A stretch of DNA of 64,000 nt from Acidobacteriota bacterium. GTDB lineage: Bacteria; Acidobacteriota; Thermoanaerobaculia; Thermoanaerobaculales; Sulfomarinibacteraceae. A model generated the notes under the pieces. It ran no database searches. It had not been told where the DNA came from and saw only the letters and a program-made list of their open reading frames with translations. The stretch covers positions 558-64,557 of the forward strand of contig JAHECW010000001.1 in the NCBI GenBank assembly GCA_024641545.1, written 5' to 3'. Positions 55,012 through 63,228 of this stretch are shown here, piece after piece (the first letter of the stretch is position 1; each line of letters opens with the position of its first letter). The position numbers were made by a program, and so were the translations under genes.

Positions 55012-55763
55012 TGAAACGGGAGGCATCCATGCAACGTCACCTGAAAGCACTCCCACTCCTCGGCGCGCTCTTCGTGGCGTGCTCGTCGCCCCCACCCTCT
55101 CCGGTGGACGAGATCGTCAACTCGAACATCGCCGCCCGCGGGGGAATCGAGGCGATCCAGGCGCTGCGGTCGATCCGCGCGACCGGGACCGCAACAGCAG
55201 GCGGCGGTCGGATCGCGAAGGTGATCCAGGAGATCAAGCGGCCCGGTTGCTACCGCCTCGAGTTCGACTCGCAGGGCACAACCGCGGTCTTTGCGCACGA
55301 CGGCCAAATCGGCTGGCAGGTCGCGCCCATGCAGGGCATCTTCGAGCCCCAACCCGTCACCCCCGAAAACGACGCCGAGGCGGGTATCGACGAGCGCGAT
55401 ATCGAGGGCCCGCTCGTCAACTGGCGTGAGAAGGGGCACACGGTCGAGCTCGTCGGTCGCGAGACCCTTCCCGGCGGCGAAGCCGACAAGCTCAAGGTGA
55501 CCCTCGCCGATGGCGGAATCCGCTACGAGTGGGTCGATGTCGCATCGCACCAGGTGGTCCGCACCGCCAAGACGGAAGTCATCGGAGGCCGGTCTCTGCA
55601 CATGGAAACCTCCTTTTCGGACTTTCGAAATGAAGACGGCCTGGTCTTCCCGCACCTCATCGAGACCGACGTCACGGACCGGCCCGAAGTCATCAGGATC
55701 GTCGTCGAGTCAATCGAGCTCAATCCCGACATCGACGACGCGCGGTTCCGGCTTCCCGAGTAG
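55008..55763 (+). CDS. LolA-like / outer-membrane lipoprotein-sorting-fold lipoprotein
   Basis: ATGATGA coupling to the upstream gene. Lipobox LGALFVAC. The rest is a beta-rich sequence resembling the LolA/DUF4292 fold. Confidence 0.55.
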   Translation: MMKREASMQRHLKALPLLGALFVACSSPPPSPVDEIVNSNIAARGGIEAIQALRSIRATGTATAGGGRIAKVIQEIKRPGCYRLEFDSQGTTAVFAHDGQIGWQVAPMQGIFEPQPVTPENDAEAGIDERDIEGPLVNWREKGHTVELVGRETLPGGEADKLKVTLADGGIRYEWVDVASHQVVRTAKTEVIGGRSLHMETSFSDFRNEDGLVFPHLIETDVTDRPEVIRIVVESIELNPDIDDARFRLPE

Positions 55764-55839
55764 CGCATCCGCCCCGGCGACGCCGCCGAGCGGGTTTCCG
55801 ATTCAGGGTGAATTGCCCGTATTCGAACGGGAGGTCGTG

Positions 55840-56484
55840 GTGAAGCGAGGACCCGGGTTTGTCGCAATCGCGTTCATCTGGACCGCGGCGATCGTCGGCG
55901 GGTCCACGGCCGACTCCACCGGAACGACGGGTTCTCGGATCGACGAAGGCGGATCCAGCCCCGGATACGTCGTGATTCTCGTCGACGGCAGCGTGGTCCC
56001 GGCAAAAACCAAGCCCGTCAGCGCCTTCGGATCGCTCCGGTACGTCGACATGACGGGCCGCACGCGCGTTCTCGGGGTCTCGCAGGTCGATCTCGAGGCC
56101 ACCCGGAGGAACAACGCCGATGTCCCCGACAACCCGTCGGCGGGTACTTTCAGCGTCCTCGGCGGCGCCGGATTCTCCCAACCCGAACCGGTGGCGCCGA
56201 TCGAGGAGGACGAAGCCGATGATGCACCGGCGCCGCCGAAGTCCGTCACCGTCTACTCCGCGACCTGGTGCCCGTACTGCAAACCGTTGAAGCGGTACCT
56301 CACCGACAACAACATCCCGGCGACCGTCATCGAGGTCGACGCCCTGCCCGAGGGTCAGCAGGCGCAGCACCGGGCCGCGATGAAAAGGTTAACCGGCCGC
56401 GTCGCCTTCCCGACGGTGGTCATCGACGGGGAAGCCAAGACCGGGTTCTCGCCTTCCTGGATCCAGTCAAGGCTCAAGCGCTGA
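55840..56484 (+). CDS. Membrane-anchored glutaredoxin-like protein
   Basis: GGGAGG RBS before GTG 55840. TM segment GFVAIAFIWTAAIVGG. C-terminal VTVYSATWCPYCKPLKRYL...FPTVVIDGE is a Grx/NrdH fold with CPYC. Confidence 0.6.
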   Translation: MKRGPGFVAIAFIWTAAIVGGSTADSTGTTGSRIDEGGSSPGYVVILVDGSVVPAKTKPVSAFGSLRYVDMTGRTRVLGVSQVDLEATRRNNADVPDNPSAGTFSVLGGAGFSQPEPVAPIEEDEADDAPAPPKSVTVYSATWCPYCKPLKRYLTDNNIPATVIEVDALPEGQQAQHRAAMKRLTGRVAFPTVVIDGEAKTGFSPSWIQSRLKR

Positions 56485-56501
56485 GCCTCCCTCCCCAGCT
56501 C

Positions 56502-56530
56502 TTGACAACGAGTCGTCCGGAACCTATTGT
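56502..56530 (+). promoter_or_regulatory. Sigma70-like promoter TTGACA-17 nt-TATTGT, giving a near-leaderless transcript
   Basis: TTGACA at 56502-56507 and TATTGT at 56525-56530. ATG 56542 follows 11 nt later with no SD sequence. Confidence 0.45.
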
Positions 56531-56541
56531 ATATATCGTAT

Positions 56542-57609
56542 ATGAACAGTAATGCACTTGCACTGCTTCTCCACCTGGTCGCCGATGACCCGGAACCGCT
56601 GCGCGACCAGATCGCGCGTCAGCTCCACGGCCGCATCGTCCGCGGCGAGCTCGCGGCCGGCGACGCTCTTCCATCTCACCGCCAGCTGGCCCGGCAGCAC
56701 CGGGTGGCGCCGTCGACGGTCGAGGCCGCATACGAGCTCCTGATTTCAGAGGGCCTGCTCACCGGCACCGCCTCGGAAGAAGCCCGGGTGGCGGCCATCG
56801 GTCCCGACCGCAGGCGCGATCTGGTGGAACGCCTCCAGCTCGATGAACTGGTGGCGCAGGAGCTCGGGCGTCGTGAACTGGAGATGGCCCGCGACGTCCA
56901 GCGCCGCCTGCTGCCGCCGTCCGAACTCAGTGGCCCCGGCTGGGAGGTCGCCTCCCGCTGCGTACCGGCGCGAGTGGTCGCCGGCGACTTCTACGATGTC
57001 CTGCAACGCGCCGACGGCAGCGTTGATGTCGTGGTCGCCGATGTCGCCGGCAAGGGTTTCGCCGCCAGTCTCATCATGGCCTCGGTCAAGGCGATGCTGC
57101 CGTTCGTCACCTCCAAGGGCAGCGTCGCCGAGTCACTCACCGCTCTCAACCGCCGGCTGGTCCCAGAGCTCGGTCGCGGCGAATTCGTCGCCCTGACCCT
57201 GGCCCGCTACCGTCCCGCCGACCGGTCGGTCGAGTTGGCCAACGCCGGGGCGCCGGATCCCTATCTGGTACGGCGCGGCTGCGCCCCGCGACCGTTGTCG
57301 GCGCCCGGTCCGCGGCTGCCGCTCGGCATCCGCCCGGAGGTGGCCTATTCATCGCGCACGGTGGAGGTCGGCGAGGATGACCGGCTGCTGCTGATCACCG
57401 ACGGCCTGCCCGAGGCGCGCGACGCCGATGGCGACCCGCTGGGATACCAGGCTTTGGAGTCGCTGTTCGCCGATGAGCCGTCGACCGACGAACCTTCGAC
57501 GTGGCTCACCGGGCTCTTCGAACGGGTCCAGCTGCGGACCGGCCGGCTTCCGGAAGACGACTGGACCGCGGCGATGCTGGTACCCAGGCCAGCCGGGGGG
57601 GCGCCGTGA
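56542..57609 (+). CDS. Fusion protein: GntR-type winged-HTH domain + PP2C/SpoIIE-family serine phosphatase domain
   Basis: N-terminus PLRDQIARQLHGRIVRGELAAGDALPSHRQLARQHRVAPSTVEAAYELLISEGLL (GntR). C-terminus ARDVQRRLLP, VAGDFYDV, VVADVAGKGFAASL, LITDGLPEA, EDDWTAAML (SpoIIE/PP2C metal-binding motifs). Confidence 0.8.
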   Translation: MNSNALALLLHLVADDPEPLRDQIARQLHGRIVRGELAAGDALPSHRQLARQHRVAPSTVEAAYELLISEGLLTGTASEEARVAAIGPDRRRDLVERLQLDELVAQELGRRELEMARDVQRRLLPPSELSGPGWEVASRCVPARVVAGDFYDVLQRADGSVDVVVADVAGKGFAASLIMASVKAMLPFVTSKGSVAESLTALNRRLVPELGRGEFVALTLARYRPADRSVELANAGAPDPYLVRRGCAPRPLSAPGPRLPLGIRPEVAYSSRTVEVGEDDRLLLITDGLPEARDADGDPLGYQALESLFADEPSTDEPSTWLTGLFERVQLRTGRLPEDDWTAAMLVPRPAGGAP

Positions 57610-57992
57610 TACTCAACCTGTCGGAACTCTCCGACGAACCGCTGCACGCCCAGATGTCGCGCCAGATCCGCGCGAAGATCCTCACCGAGGACCTTCCCGA
57701 CGGCGAGGCCCTGCCCTCGATCCGCCGTCTGGCCAAGGAACAGCGGGTCAGCGTCATCACCGTGCAGCGGGCGTACGACGACCTCGAGCGCGAAGGTCTC
57801 CTCCAGTCCCGCAGGGGCAAGGGGTTCTGGGTGGCGCCCATGGCCGAGGAAAGGAAACAGAAGATGGCCGAAGAACGGTTTGCAGACGCGCTGGGCCGGC
57901 TTGTGGCACACGCGGTGGCCGAAGGTCTGAGCGAGGCCGAGATGCGGCGGATTCTGGACGAACTTCTACGGGAAGGACGATCCAATGGCTGA
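57606..57992 (+). CDS. GntR-family transcriptional regulator, YtrA-like short form
   Basis: PLHAQMSRQIRAKILTEDLPDGEALPSIRRLAKEQRVSVITVQRAYDDLEREGLLQSRRGKGFWV. GTGA overlap with the upstream stop. Followed by an ABC ATPase, as in ytrAB. Confidence 0.8.
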   Translation: MILNLSELSDEPLHAQMSRQIRAKILTEDLPDGEALPSIRRLAKEQRVSVITVQRAYDDLEREGLLQSRRGKGFWVAPMAEERKQKMAEERFADALGRLVAHAVAEGLSEAEMRRILDELLREGRSNG

Positions 57993-58896
57993 TCATCGAC
58001 CGGATGCATCCCCCGCCGCCAGCCTGAGCGGTCTGACCAAACGCTTTCCCGGGTTCCAACTTGGCCCGCTCGACCTCGTTCTGGAGCCCGGCACCGTGCT
58101 CGCTCTGGTGGGGCCCAACGGCGCCGGGAAGACCACGACCCTCAACTGCATGGCCGGTCTGGTCGTGCCCGATGAAGGCGGCACCGAGGTCTTCGGCGCC
58201 CCGGTCCGACCGGATCGGGCCGAATATCGCCGCGACATCGGCTATGTCGGCGAGGAAAACGGGTTCTTCCAGGGTTGGACCGCCGCCCGAAACCTGAAAT
58301 TCCTGTCCGAACTGCTCCCCGGATGGTCGAAAGACCGGGCGAACAGGTTTGTCCAGCGGTTTGCGCTGCCCCTGGACAAACCGGTGAACAAGCTGTCGCG
58401 AGGCAACAAGACCAAGCTCGCTTTGGTGGCGGCGCTGGCGCACGGTCCGCGGCTGCTCCTGCTCGACGAACCCACCGCCGGTCTGGACCCGGTGGTCCGC
58501 TCGGAGGTCCTGGACGTGCTGTGGGAGATCACCGAGGACGGCGAGCACGCGGTGCTCTACTCAACCCACGTCCTGTCCGACATCAGCCGCCTCGCCGACG
58601 AACTGGCGTTCCTGCGCGACGGCCGGCTGGTGCTGCGCACCGGCCGGGATGAGCTGAGCGAGAGCTGGCGGCGGGTTTCCTTCCGGCTCGCGAACGAGGG
58701 CATCGAACTCACCGGCGTCGTCGAACACCGCCGGGTGCGGGCCGAACACCAGATCATCACTCGGGAAGCCGAGACGACGCTGCAGCAACTCGCCGAGCTC
58801 GGCGCCGAGGCGGTCGAGGTTTCGCGGATGACCGTGGACGAGATCGCGGTCCAAATCCTCAAGGAGGGTCACCATGTGGCACGCGCTGAAAGCTGA
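57985..58896 (+). CDS. ABC transporter ATP-binding protein
   Basis: Walker A GPNGAGKTT, signature LSRGNKTKL, Walker B LLLLDEPTAGLD. The start overlaps the upstream stop. Confidence 0.85.
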   Translation: MADHRPDASPAASLSGLTKRFPGFQLGPLDLVLEPGTVLALVGPNGAGKTTTLNCMAGLVVPDEGGTEVFGAPVRPDRAEYRRDIGYVGEENGFFQGWTAARNLKFLSELLPGWSKDRANRFVQRFALPLDKPVNKLSRGNKTKLALVAALAHGPRLLLLDEPTAGLDPVVRSEVLDVLWEITEDGEHAVLYSTHVLSDISRLADELAFLRDGRLVLRTGRDELSESWRRVSFRLANEGIELTGVVEHRRVRAEHQIITREAETTLQQLAELGAEAVEVSRMTVDEIAVQILKEGHHVARAES

Positions 58897-59512
58897 ACTC
58901 GCCTATTTCCGGCCGTGGCTGCTCGGCGGCCTCGGCATCGCCGCCGGCGTCGTCCTGCTGCTGAGCGTGCTGATGCGGTTGGCGAACGAAGGGGAGGGAC
59001 CGCCGGGTTTTGTCGTGGCGATGTTTCCGATCATGGCAGGCATGGTGGTTTCCTTCATCGCCGGGGGCCTTCGCGTCGAGGAACGGCGAGCCCGCCTGCT
59101 GTTGTCGGGGACCATCACCCCCCGCCAGCTTGCATGGGTGAACGTCCTGCTGCCGGTGTGCTTTGTCGCCTTGAGCGCCCTCGCGCTCGCGCCCCTGCTG
59201 GGCCTGGCCACTCTGGTGGCCGGTAAGCTCGAACCCTCAGCCCTGCGGATCGCCTTCGGTTTCATGGTTCAGTTCTGGGCGTACGCGCAGCTGGGACCGT
59301 TGGCGCAGGAATCGACGGCGGCCCGCCGCGAGCGCCGCGGCCGTGCCGCTCTCGTCGGCTGGGCGTTCTTCGCCGGCGTGATCCTGGTCCTTGCGGGATC
59401 CCAGTTCTTCCTGCATTCCGTTCACGTCCAGCTGGCCCAGGTGACGGTCGTGATCGCGACCATGGTGGTCGCCGCAACCCTCTATCAGGGCCGAACCGAC
59501 TTCACGCGCTGA
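58874..59512 (+). CDS. Polytopic membrane protein (probable ABC-2-type permease partner)
   Basis: AAGGAGG RBS. About 6 hydrophobic segments. Overlaps the ATPase gene by 23 nt. Confidence 0.6.
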   Translation: MWHALKAELAYFRPWLLGGLGIAAGVVLLLSVLMRLANEGEGPPGFVVAMFPIMAGMVVSFIAGGLRVEERRARLLLSGTITPRQLAWVNVLLPVCFVALSALALAPLLGLATLVAGKLEPSALRIAFGFMVQFWAYAQLGPLAQESTAARRERRGRAALVGWAFFAGVILVLAGSQFFLHSVHVQLAQVTVVIATMVVAATLYQGRTDFTR

Positions 59513-60569
59513 CCGAAACGGGCGGTGCCGGAACCGAATCCGGGTCGTCCGACAGCTTGGTGTACCTCGGTTGCATGCCCGGGGCGACCGCCACGACGAT
59601 GGTGCCGGGGTGGCTGTTCGCGCCGCCGACCAGCCCTTCGTAGAACCCGTCGGTGCTCAGGACTTCGCTGCCGGATTCCCTCAGCGTCTCGACGGCGACG
59701 GGGTGGGGATAGAGCGTCCGGGTGAGCGAAAGGGCGCCGTGCGTCACGCTGCTGACCTCCTGCTTGCTCGAGAGAATCGCGAGGGAGGGTGACATCCGCT
59801 CATAGACGTCGAGCGGAGCGCTGTGCATGCTGCCGTGGTGCGACACCTTGAGAACCGAACAGTTCAGGAGGTTGACGACCTTCTTGACCAACGGGTCGTG
59901 CTTGCTAGTCCGTTCCACGTGGGGGTACTCCTCGGCGATCTGGGCCCAGTTGTCGAACTCCGCGTCGGCGCCGAGGATCACCACCGAATCTCCCGCGTCG
60001 CGGAGGATCTCGGGATCTTCCCGGTCACGGTATCGAAGCGATTCGACGACGACCACGTCGTCCGCGCAGTTCTCGAGCCGAAGCACGATGGAGGCGTTGT
60101 TCATGTCGATGCCGTACGTCGCGTAGCGGTTGCGCAGCGCCACCGATGGACCGAGCGCGGTGATCCGCAGTGTTCCGTAGTAGAACTCCATCCCGGAGGA
60201 GATCCGCCGCATCGGGATCTTCTCCCGGTGGATCGTCTCGAGAATGTTGAGGTAGGTCGTGGTCTTGTGTCTGAATCCGCTGTCCCAGAACTCGCGCGGT
60301 CTCGTCAACGGGTCCTCGAGGAGCGTCCGGATCCCGGCGACGTGGTCGAGGTGAGGGTGGGTCGCGCAGATGAAGGCGACCCCGGCGAAGGGGCGGACGA
60401 GTTGAAGGGCCTTGATGTAGTCGAGCATCTTCGCGCCCTTGTAGCAGTCGACGATCCCGAGAAGGTTCTCGCCGTCCGCCGTCGTCGGCAACTCGAGAAG
60501 GATCGCATCGCCGAAGCCCACGTTCATCACGTGGACGACGAGCTCGGAAGGCTGGATGGCGGCCGGCAT
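59502..60569 (-). CDS. Stand-alone ComEC/Rec2-type metallo-beta-lactamase-fold hydrolase (probable nuclease)
   Basis: VMNVGFGDAILLE, ATHPHLDHVAG (HxHxDH), LKVSHHGS. No signal peptide or TM segment. Confidence 0.8.
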   Translation of the reverse strand: MPAAIQPSELVVHVMNVGFGDAILLELPTTADGENLLGIVDCYKGAKMLDYIKALQLVRPFAGVAFICATHPHLDHVAGIRTLLEDPLTRPREFWDSGFRHKTTTYLNILETIHREKIPMRRISSGMEFYYGTLRITALGPSVALRNRYATYGIDMNNASIVLRLENCADDVVVVESLRYRDREDPEILRDAGDSVVILGADAEFDNWAQIAEEYPHVERTSKHDPLVKKVVNLLNCSVLKVSHHGSMHSAPLDVYERMSPSLAILSSKQEVSSVTHGALSLTRTLYPHPVAVETLRESGSEVLSTDGFYEGLVGGANSHPGTIVVAVAPGMQPRYTKLSDDPDSVPAPPVSVSA

Positions 60570-60572
60570 GGA

Positions 60573-61040
60573 TCAGCGCCCTTCCCGGAGCGCCGCGGAG
60601 TAGAGCTCCTTGTGCTTGTTCTTGATCACCGGGATCCGATCGATGCGGACGACCGAGAACGCCCCCGGCGACGCCGTGATGCCCTCGATGCTCGACCGAC
60701 CCGCGCCCACCGCCTCGATCTCGCCGGCGAGATAGACCTGGCCCTCCTCGAGCGATCTCCAGAACGCACCCGTGGGGTCGTTGTCTTCCGGTCCCAGCGG
60801 CAGCTCGGCGACGAGGCTCCGCAGCTCGGGATGGTTCCGGCTCAGACCGAAGCTGCGCAGGCAGGTTGACGGTCGGATGAGCTTGACCCGCTCCTCGGAC
60901 CAGCTGTCCAGGGCGTCGTCGCCGAGGTTCGTGTGACCGGGCAGGAGATCGGCGACCCCGATCTTCACGAGGTCTCCGTCCAGCCGTTCATCGATGGTGA
61001 TCCGCCGGACGCGCGCGTGCGCCGATGCCTGCTTCCGCAT
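60573..61040 (-). CDS. Hypothetical 155-aa protein coupled to the MBL-fold gene
   Basis: GGAGGAACGGAG precedes ATG 61040. The stop lies 3 nt before the MBL start. I recognise no family. The ORF-track start at 61808 was rejected because it would run through the divergent promoter and the antitoxin gene. Confidence 0.5.
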   Translation of the reverse strand: MRKQASAHARVRRITIDERLDGDLVKIGVADLLPGHTNLGDDALDSWSEERVKLIRPSTCLRSFGLSRNHPELRSLVAELPLGPEDNDPTGAFWRSLEEGQVYLAGEIEAVGAGRSSIEGITASPGAFSVVRIDRIPVIKNKHKELYSAALREGR

Positions 61041-61199
61041 CTCCGTTCCTCCGTATTTCCGCGAGCACGAGCAGTTGCAGACCAACATGGGCGCGATGTC
61101 CATCGTTGTCAAGAACACGCTCGCACCGTCGCGCCACGGGTCGGGCTTCGCACAGGCACCGGCGCCCGCAGGTGATTCAGTCAGTCGGCCGATGGCGCC

Positions 61200-61234
61200 T
61201 TGCGGTTGACAGAAGGTTGCGGTTGACATATGGT
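61200..61234 (+). promoter_or_regulatory. Tandem direct repeats TTGCGGTTGACA x2 forming a promoter/operator for the TA operon
   Basis: Repeats at 61200-61211 and 61217-61228. The first TTGACA (61206-61211) is 17 nt upstream of TATGGT (61229-61234). Confidence 0.5.
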
Positions 61235-61250
61235 TGCCAGCGAGGAGAAC

Positions 61251-61694
61251 ATGGGGATTCAAACCGTCGAATTGACCGAGCTCGCCCCGAGCGAGGCCGC
61301 GCGCGCCCTGCTTCGCAGCGCCGACGAGGCGTGGTTGTCGGAACTCCAACGATCGCTCGATCGGCACCGCGCCCGCGCCGGTTTCGACCGCATTCTCGCG
61401 GTGTGGAATCTGAGCCAGACCGATGCGGCCGCGCTCTTCGGCGTCACCCGGCAGGCGATCGCGAAATGGCGGGCTCGAGGCGTGCCGGCCGGCCGGATCG
61501 AAGCGGTGGCCGATCTCTCGTCCGCCACCGATCTGCTCGTCCGCCACCTCAAACGCGACCGCATTCCGGCGGTCGTGCGACGCGGGTCGGCGCAACTCGG
61601 CGGTCTGTCGCTGCTCGACCTGGTGCATCAGGGCCGCAGCCGTGATGTCCTCCTCGCCTGCCGGAGGATGTTCCGTTTCGGAGACGCACATTAG
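61251..61694 (+). CDS. Xre-type antitoxin with DUF2384-like C-terminus (ParS/MbcA family)
   Basis: HTH SQTDAAALFGVTRQAIAKWRARG. C-terminus LGGLSLLDLVHQGRSRDVLLACRRMFRFG. GAGGAG RBS. An alternative ATG lies at 61230. Confidence 0.75.
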   Translation: MGIQTVELTELAPSEAARALLRSADEAWLSELQRSLDRHRARAGFDRILAVWNLSQTDAAALFGVTRQAIAKWRARGVPAGRIEAVADLSSATDLLVRHLKRDRIPAVVRRGSAQLGGLSLLDLVHQGRSRDVLLACRRMFRFGDAH

Positions 61695-62233
61695 TGCGCA
61701 GCGAGATCCTCCCCGAGGGCCGCACCTGGTACCGGATCGCTGAGACCGACTGGGTCGATCCTCTCGACCCGACCTTTGCCGCGGTCCTCGGCGGCCGCTG
61801 GAATCCACCCGGCAGCCACCCGACCCTCTATCTCAATGAAGACCGGATCACCGCCCGACTCAATCTCCGGCAGTTCATCGCCGGCTGGCCCTACGATCCT
61901 GAAGACCTTGTCGACGAAACCGGTCCGGTCCTGGTCCACGCAACCTTACCCGCCCGGCAACGCGTCGCGGACGTCCACAGCCGACCGGGGGTGGCGGCGG
62001 TAGGCCTGCCCCCCACCTACCCGCTCGACACCGACGGCCGGCCCGTCGGGCACGCGGTGTGCCAATCCATCGGGTCGACGGCGAAATCGGCCGGGCTGAG
62101 AGGCGTCCGGGCGCGATCCGCCCGTGCGCCCGAAGGCGGGGGTCTCGAACTCGCCTGGTTCCCCGCCGGCCGGGGATCCCGCGCACGAGTCCGGAAGATC
62201 CAGTCCTTCGAGGCGTGGTACTGGGGGAGCTAG
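61694..62233 (+). CDS. RES-domain toxin (ParT/MbcT family NAD+-targeting enzyme)
   Basis: GGRWNPPGSHPTLYL, RGVRARSA and LELAWF match the R-E-S signature. The GTG start overlaps the antitoxin stop (TAGTG). Confidence 0.8.
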   Translation: MRSEILPEGRTWYRIAETDWVDPLDPTFAAVLGGRWNPPGSHPTLYLNEDRITARLNLRQFIAGWPYDPEDLVDETGPVLVHATLPARQRVADVHSRPGVAAVGLPPTYPLDTDGRPVGHAVCQSIGSTAKSAGLRGVRARSARAPEGGGLELAWFPAGRGSRARVRKIQSFEAWYWGS

Positions 62234-63123
62234 CTCCGTTTGGGTAACCGGGGAACGAGCTTCGCAACCTCCGCTACGACTTGCCGGTAGTCGCTGCGCC
62301 GCTTCATCATCCGGGCCTCGATGAGCGGCAGGCTCACGGTCAGAAACAGGACGGTCACACCGAGGGGACCGAAGACGGTCCACCAGTAACCCGTGTCCGC
62401 CGCCAGGCCGAAAAGGTACATCCCCCACCAGAACATCAGCTCGCCGAAGTAGTTGGGGTGGCGCGAATAAGCCCACAGCCCACCGCGAAAGGTCGTTCCG
62501 TCGACCTTGCCGGCGGCCGCCGCGGCGCGCATCTGGGCGTCGGACACGGTCTCGATGGTGATGGCCGCCAGGGTCACCACGGTGGCGACGACATCCATCG
62601 CGCCCAGGGAACCGCGGGTGGTGCAGGCATAGTAGATCGGGACGCAGCCCGCAAAGACGATCACCGTGGGGACGAGGTGGAACCCGAAGAAGCTCACCAC
62701 CCAGTAGAAGCGGCCCGCCTTCTCCCGGAAGTCCGCATACCGCCAGTCCTCATGTCGCATCCCCCTCCAGTGCGCGAGGAAGTTCGCGGTGAGCCTGACA
62801 CCCCATACGGCCACCAGAAGCAACACGATCACGCCGCGCCAGTTGTCGGCCGGATCGCCCGGCGACCGGACCAGCCAATAACCCGTCATGGCGATGGGGG
62901 CCAGGCTCCAGTATGGGTCGTAGATGCTGGAGTTGTCGAAGATCACCGAAACGGCGAAGATCATCACCGTGGCGACGAGGTCTACGATCCCGGCCTTGAC
63001 AAGCGGAGACGCGACGGGCAGCTGAGACCCGATGGCAAGCGAGACGGCGACGGCCCACAGGTAGGCCGCCCACATCACTGAGAGGCTCGTTCTTCGGGAC
63101 ATCACCGGTTGCCGGTTCTTCAT
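62230..63123 (-). CDS. DUF1295 / steroid-5-alpha-reductase-like membrane protein
   Basis: 297 aa, polytopic, with GLWAYSRHPNYFGELMFWWGMYL. Its stop overlaps the RES gene stop in a CTAG tetranucleotide. Confidence 0.75.
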   Translation of the reverse strand: MKNRQPVMSRRTSLSVMWAAYLWAVAVSLAIGSQLPVASPLVKAGIVDLVATVMIFAVSVIFDNSSIYDPYWSLAPIAMTGYWLVRSPGDPADNWRGVIVLLLVAVWGVRLTANFLAHWRGMRHEDWRYADFREKAGRFYWVVSFFGFHLVPTVIVFAGCVPIYYACTTRGSLGAMDVVATVVTLAAITIETVSDAQMRAAAAAGKVDGTTFRGGLWAYSRHPNYFGELMFWWGMYLFGLAADTGYWWTVFGPLGVTVLFLTVSLPLIEARMMKRRSDYRQVVAEVAKLVPRLPKRS

Positions 63124-63228
63124 CGTTGGGTTTCTCTTGAGCGCAGGAACTCGATCATTTACGGAATCCCGGCACAGAACCGGCGGGGTCCCGAATCCCG
63201 CCGAACTCGATCACGACCTCGTGCCGCT

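Noticed and set aside
60573-61808. Full 411-aa version of the ORF upstream of the MBL-fold gene.
   Set aside because: The N-terminal 256 codons would run through the divergent TA promoter and antisense to the Xre antitoxin gene, and they are Arg/Gly/Pro-rich. An internal ATG at 61040 has a GGAGG-type RBS, so only the 155-aa form was kept.
48956-63123. Two steroid-5-alpha-reductase/DUF1295-type membrane proteins (48956..49714 and 62230..63123), considered as a linked pair.
   Set aside because: They are 12 kb apart, in unrelated neighbourhoods, and only distantly similar. Such genes are common singletons, so there is no evidence of a system.
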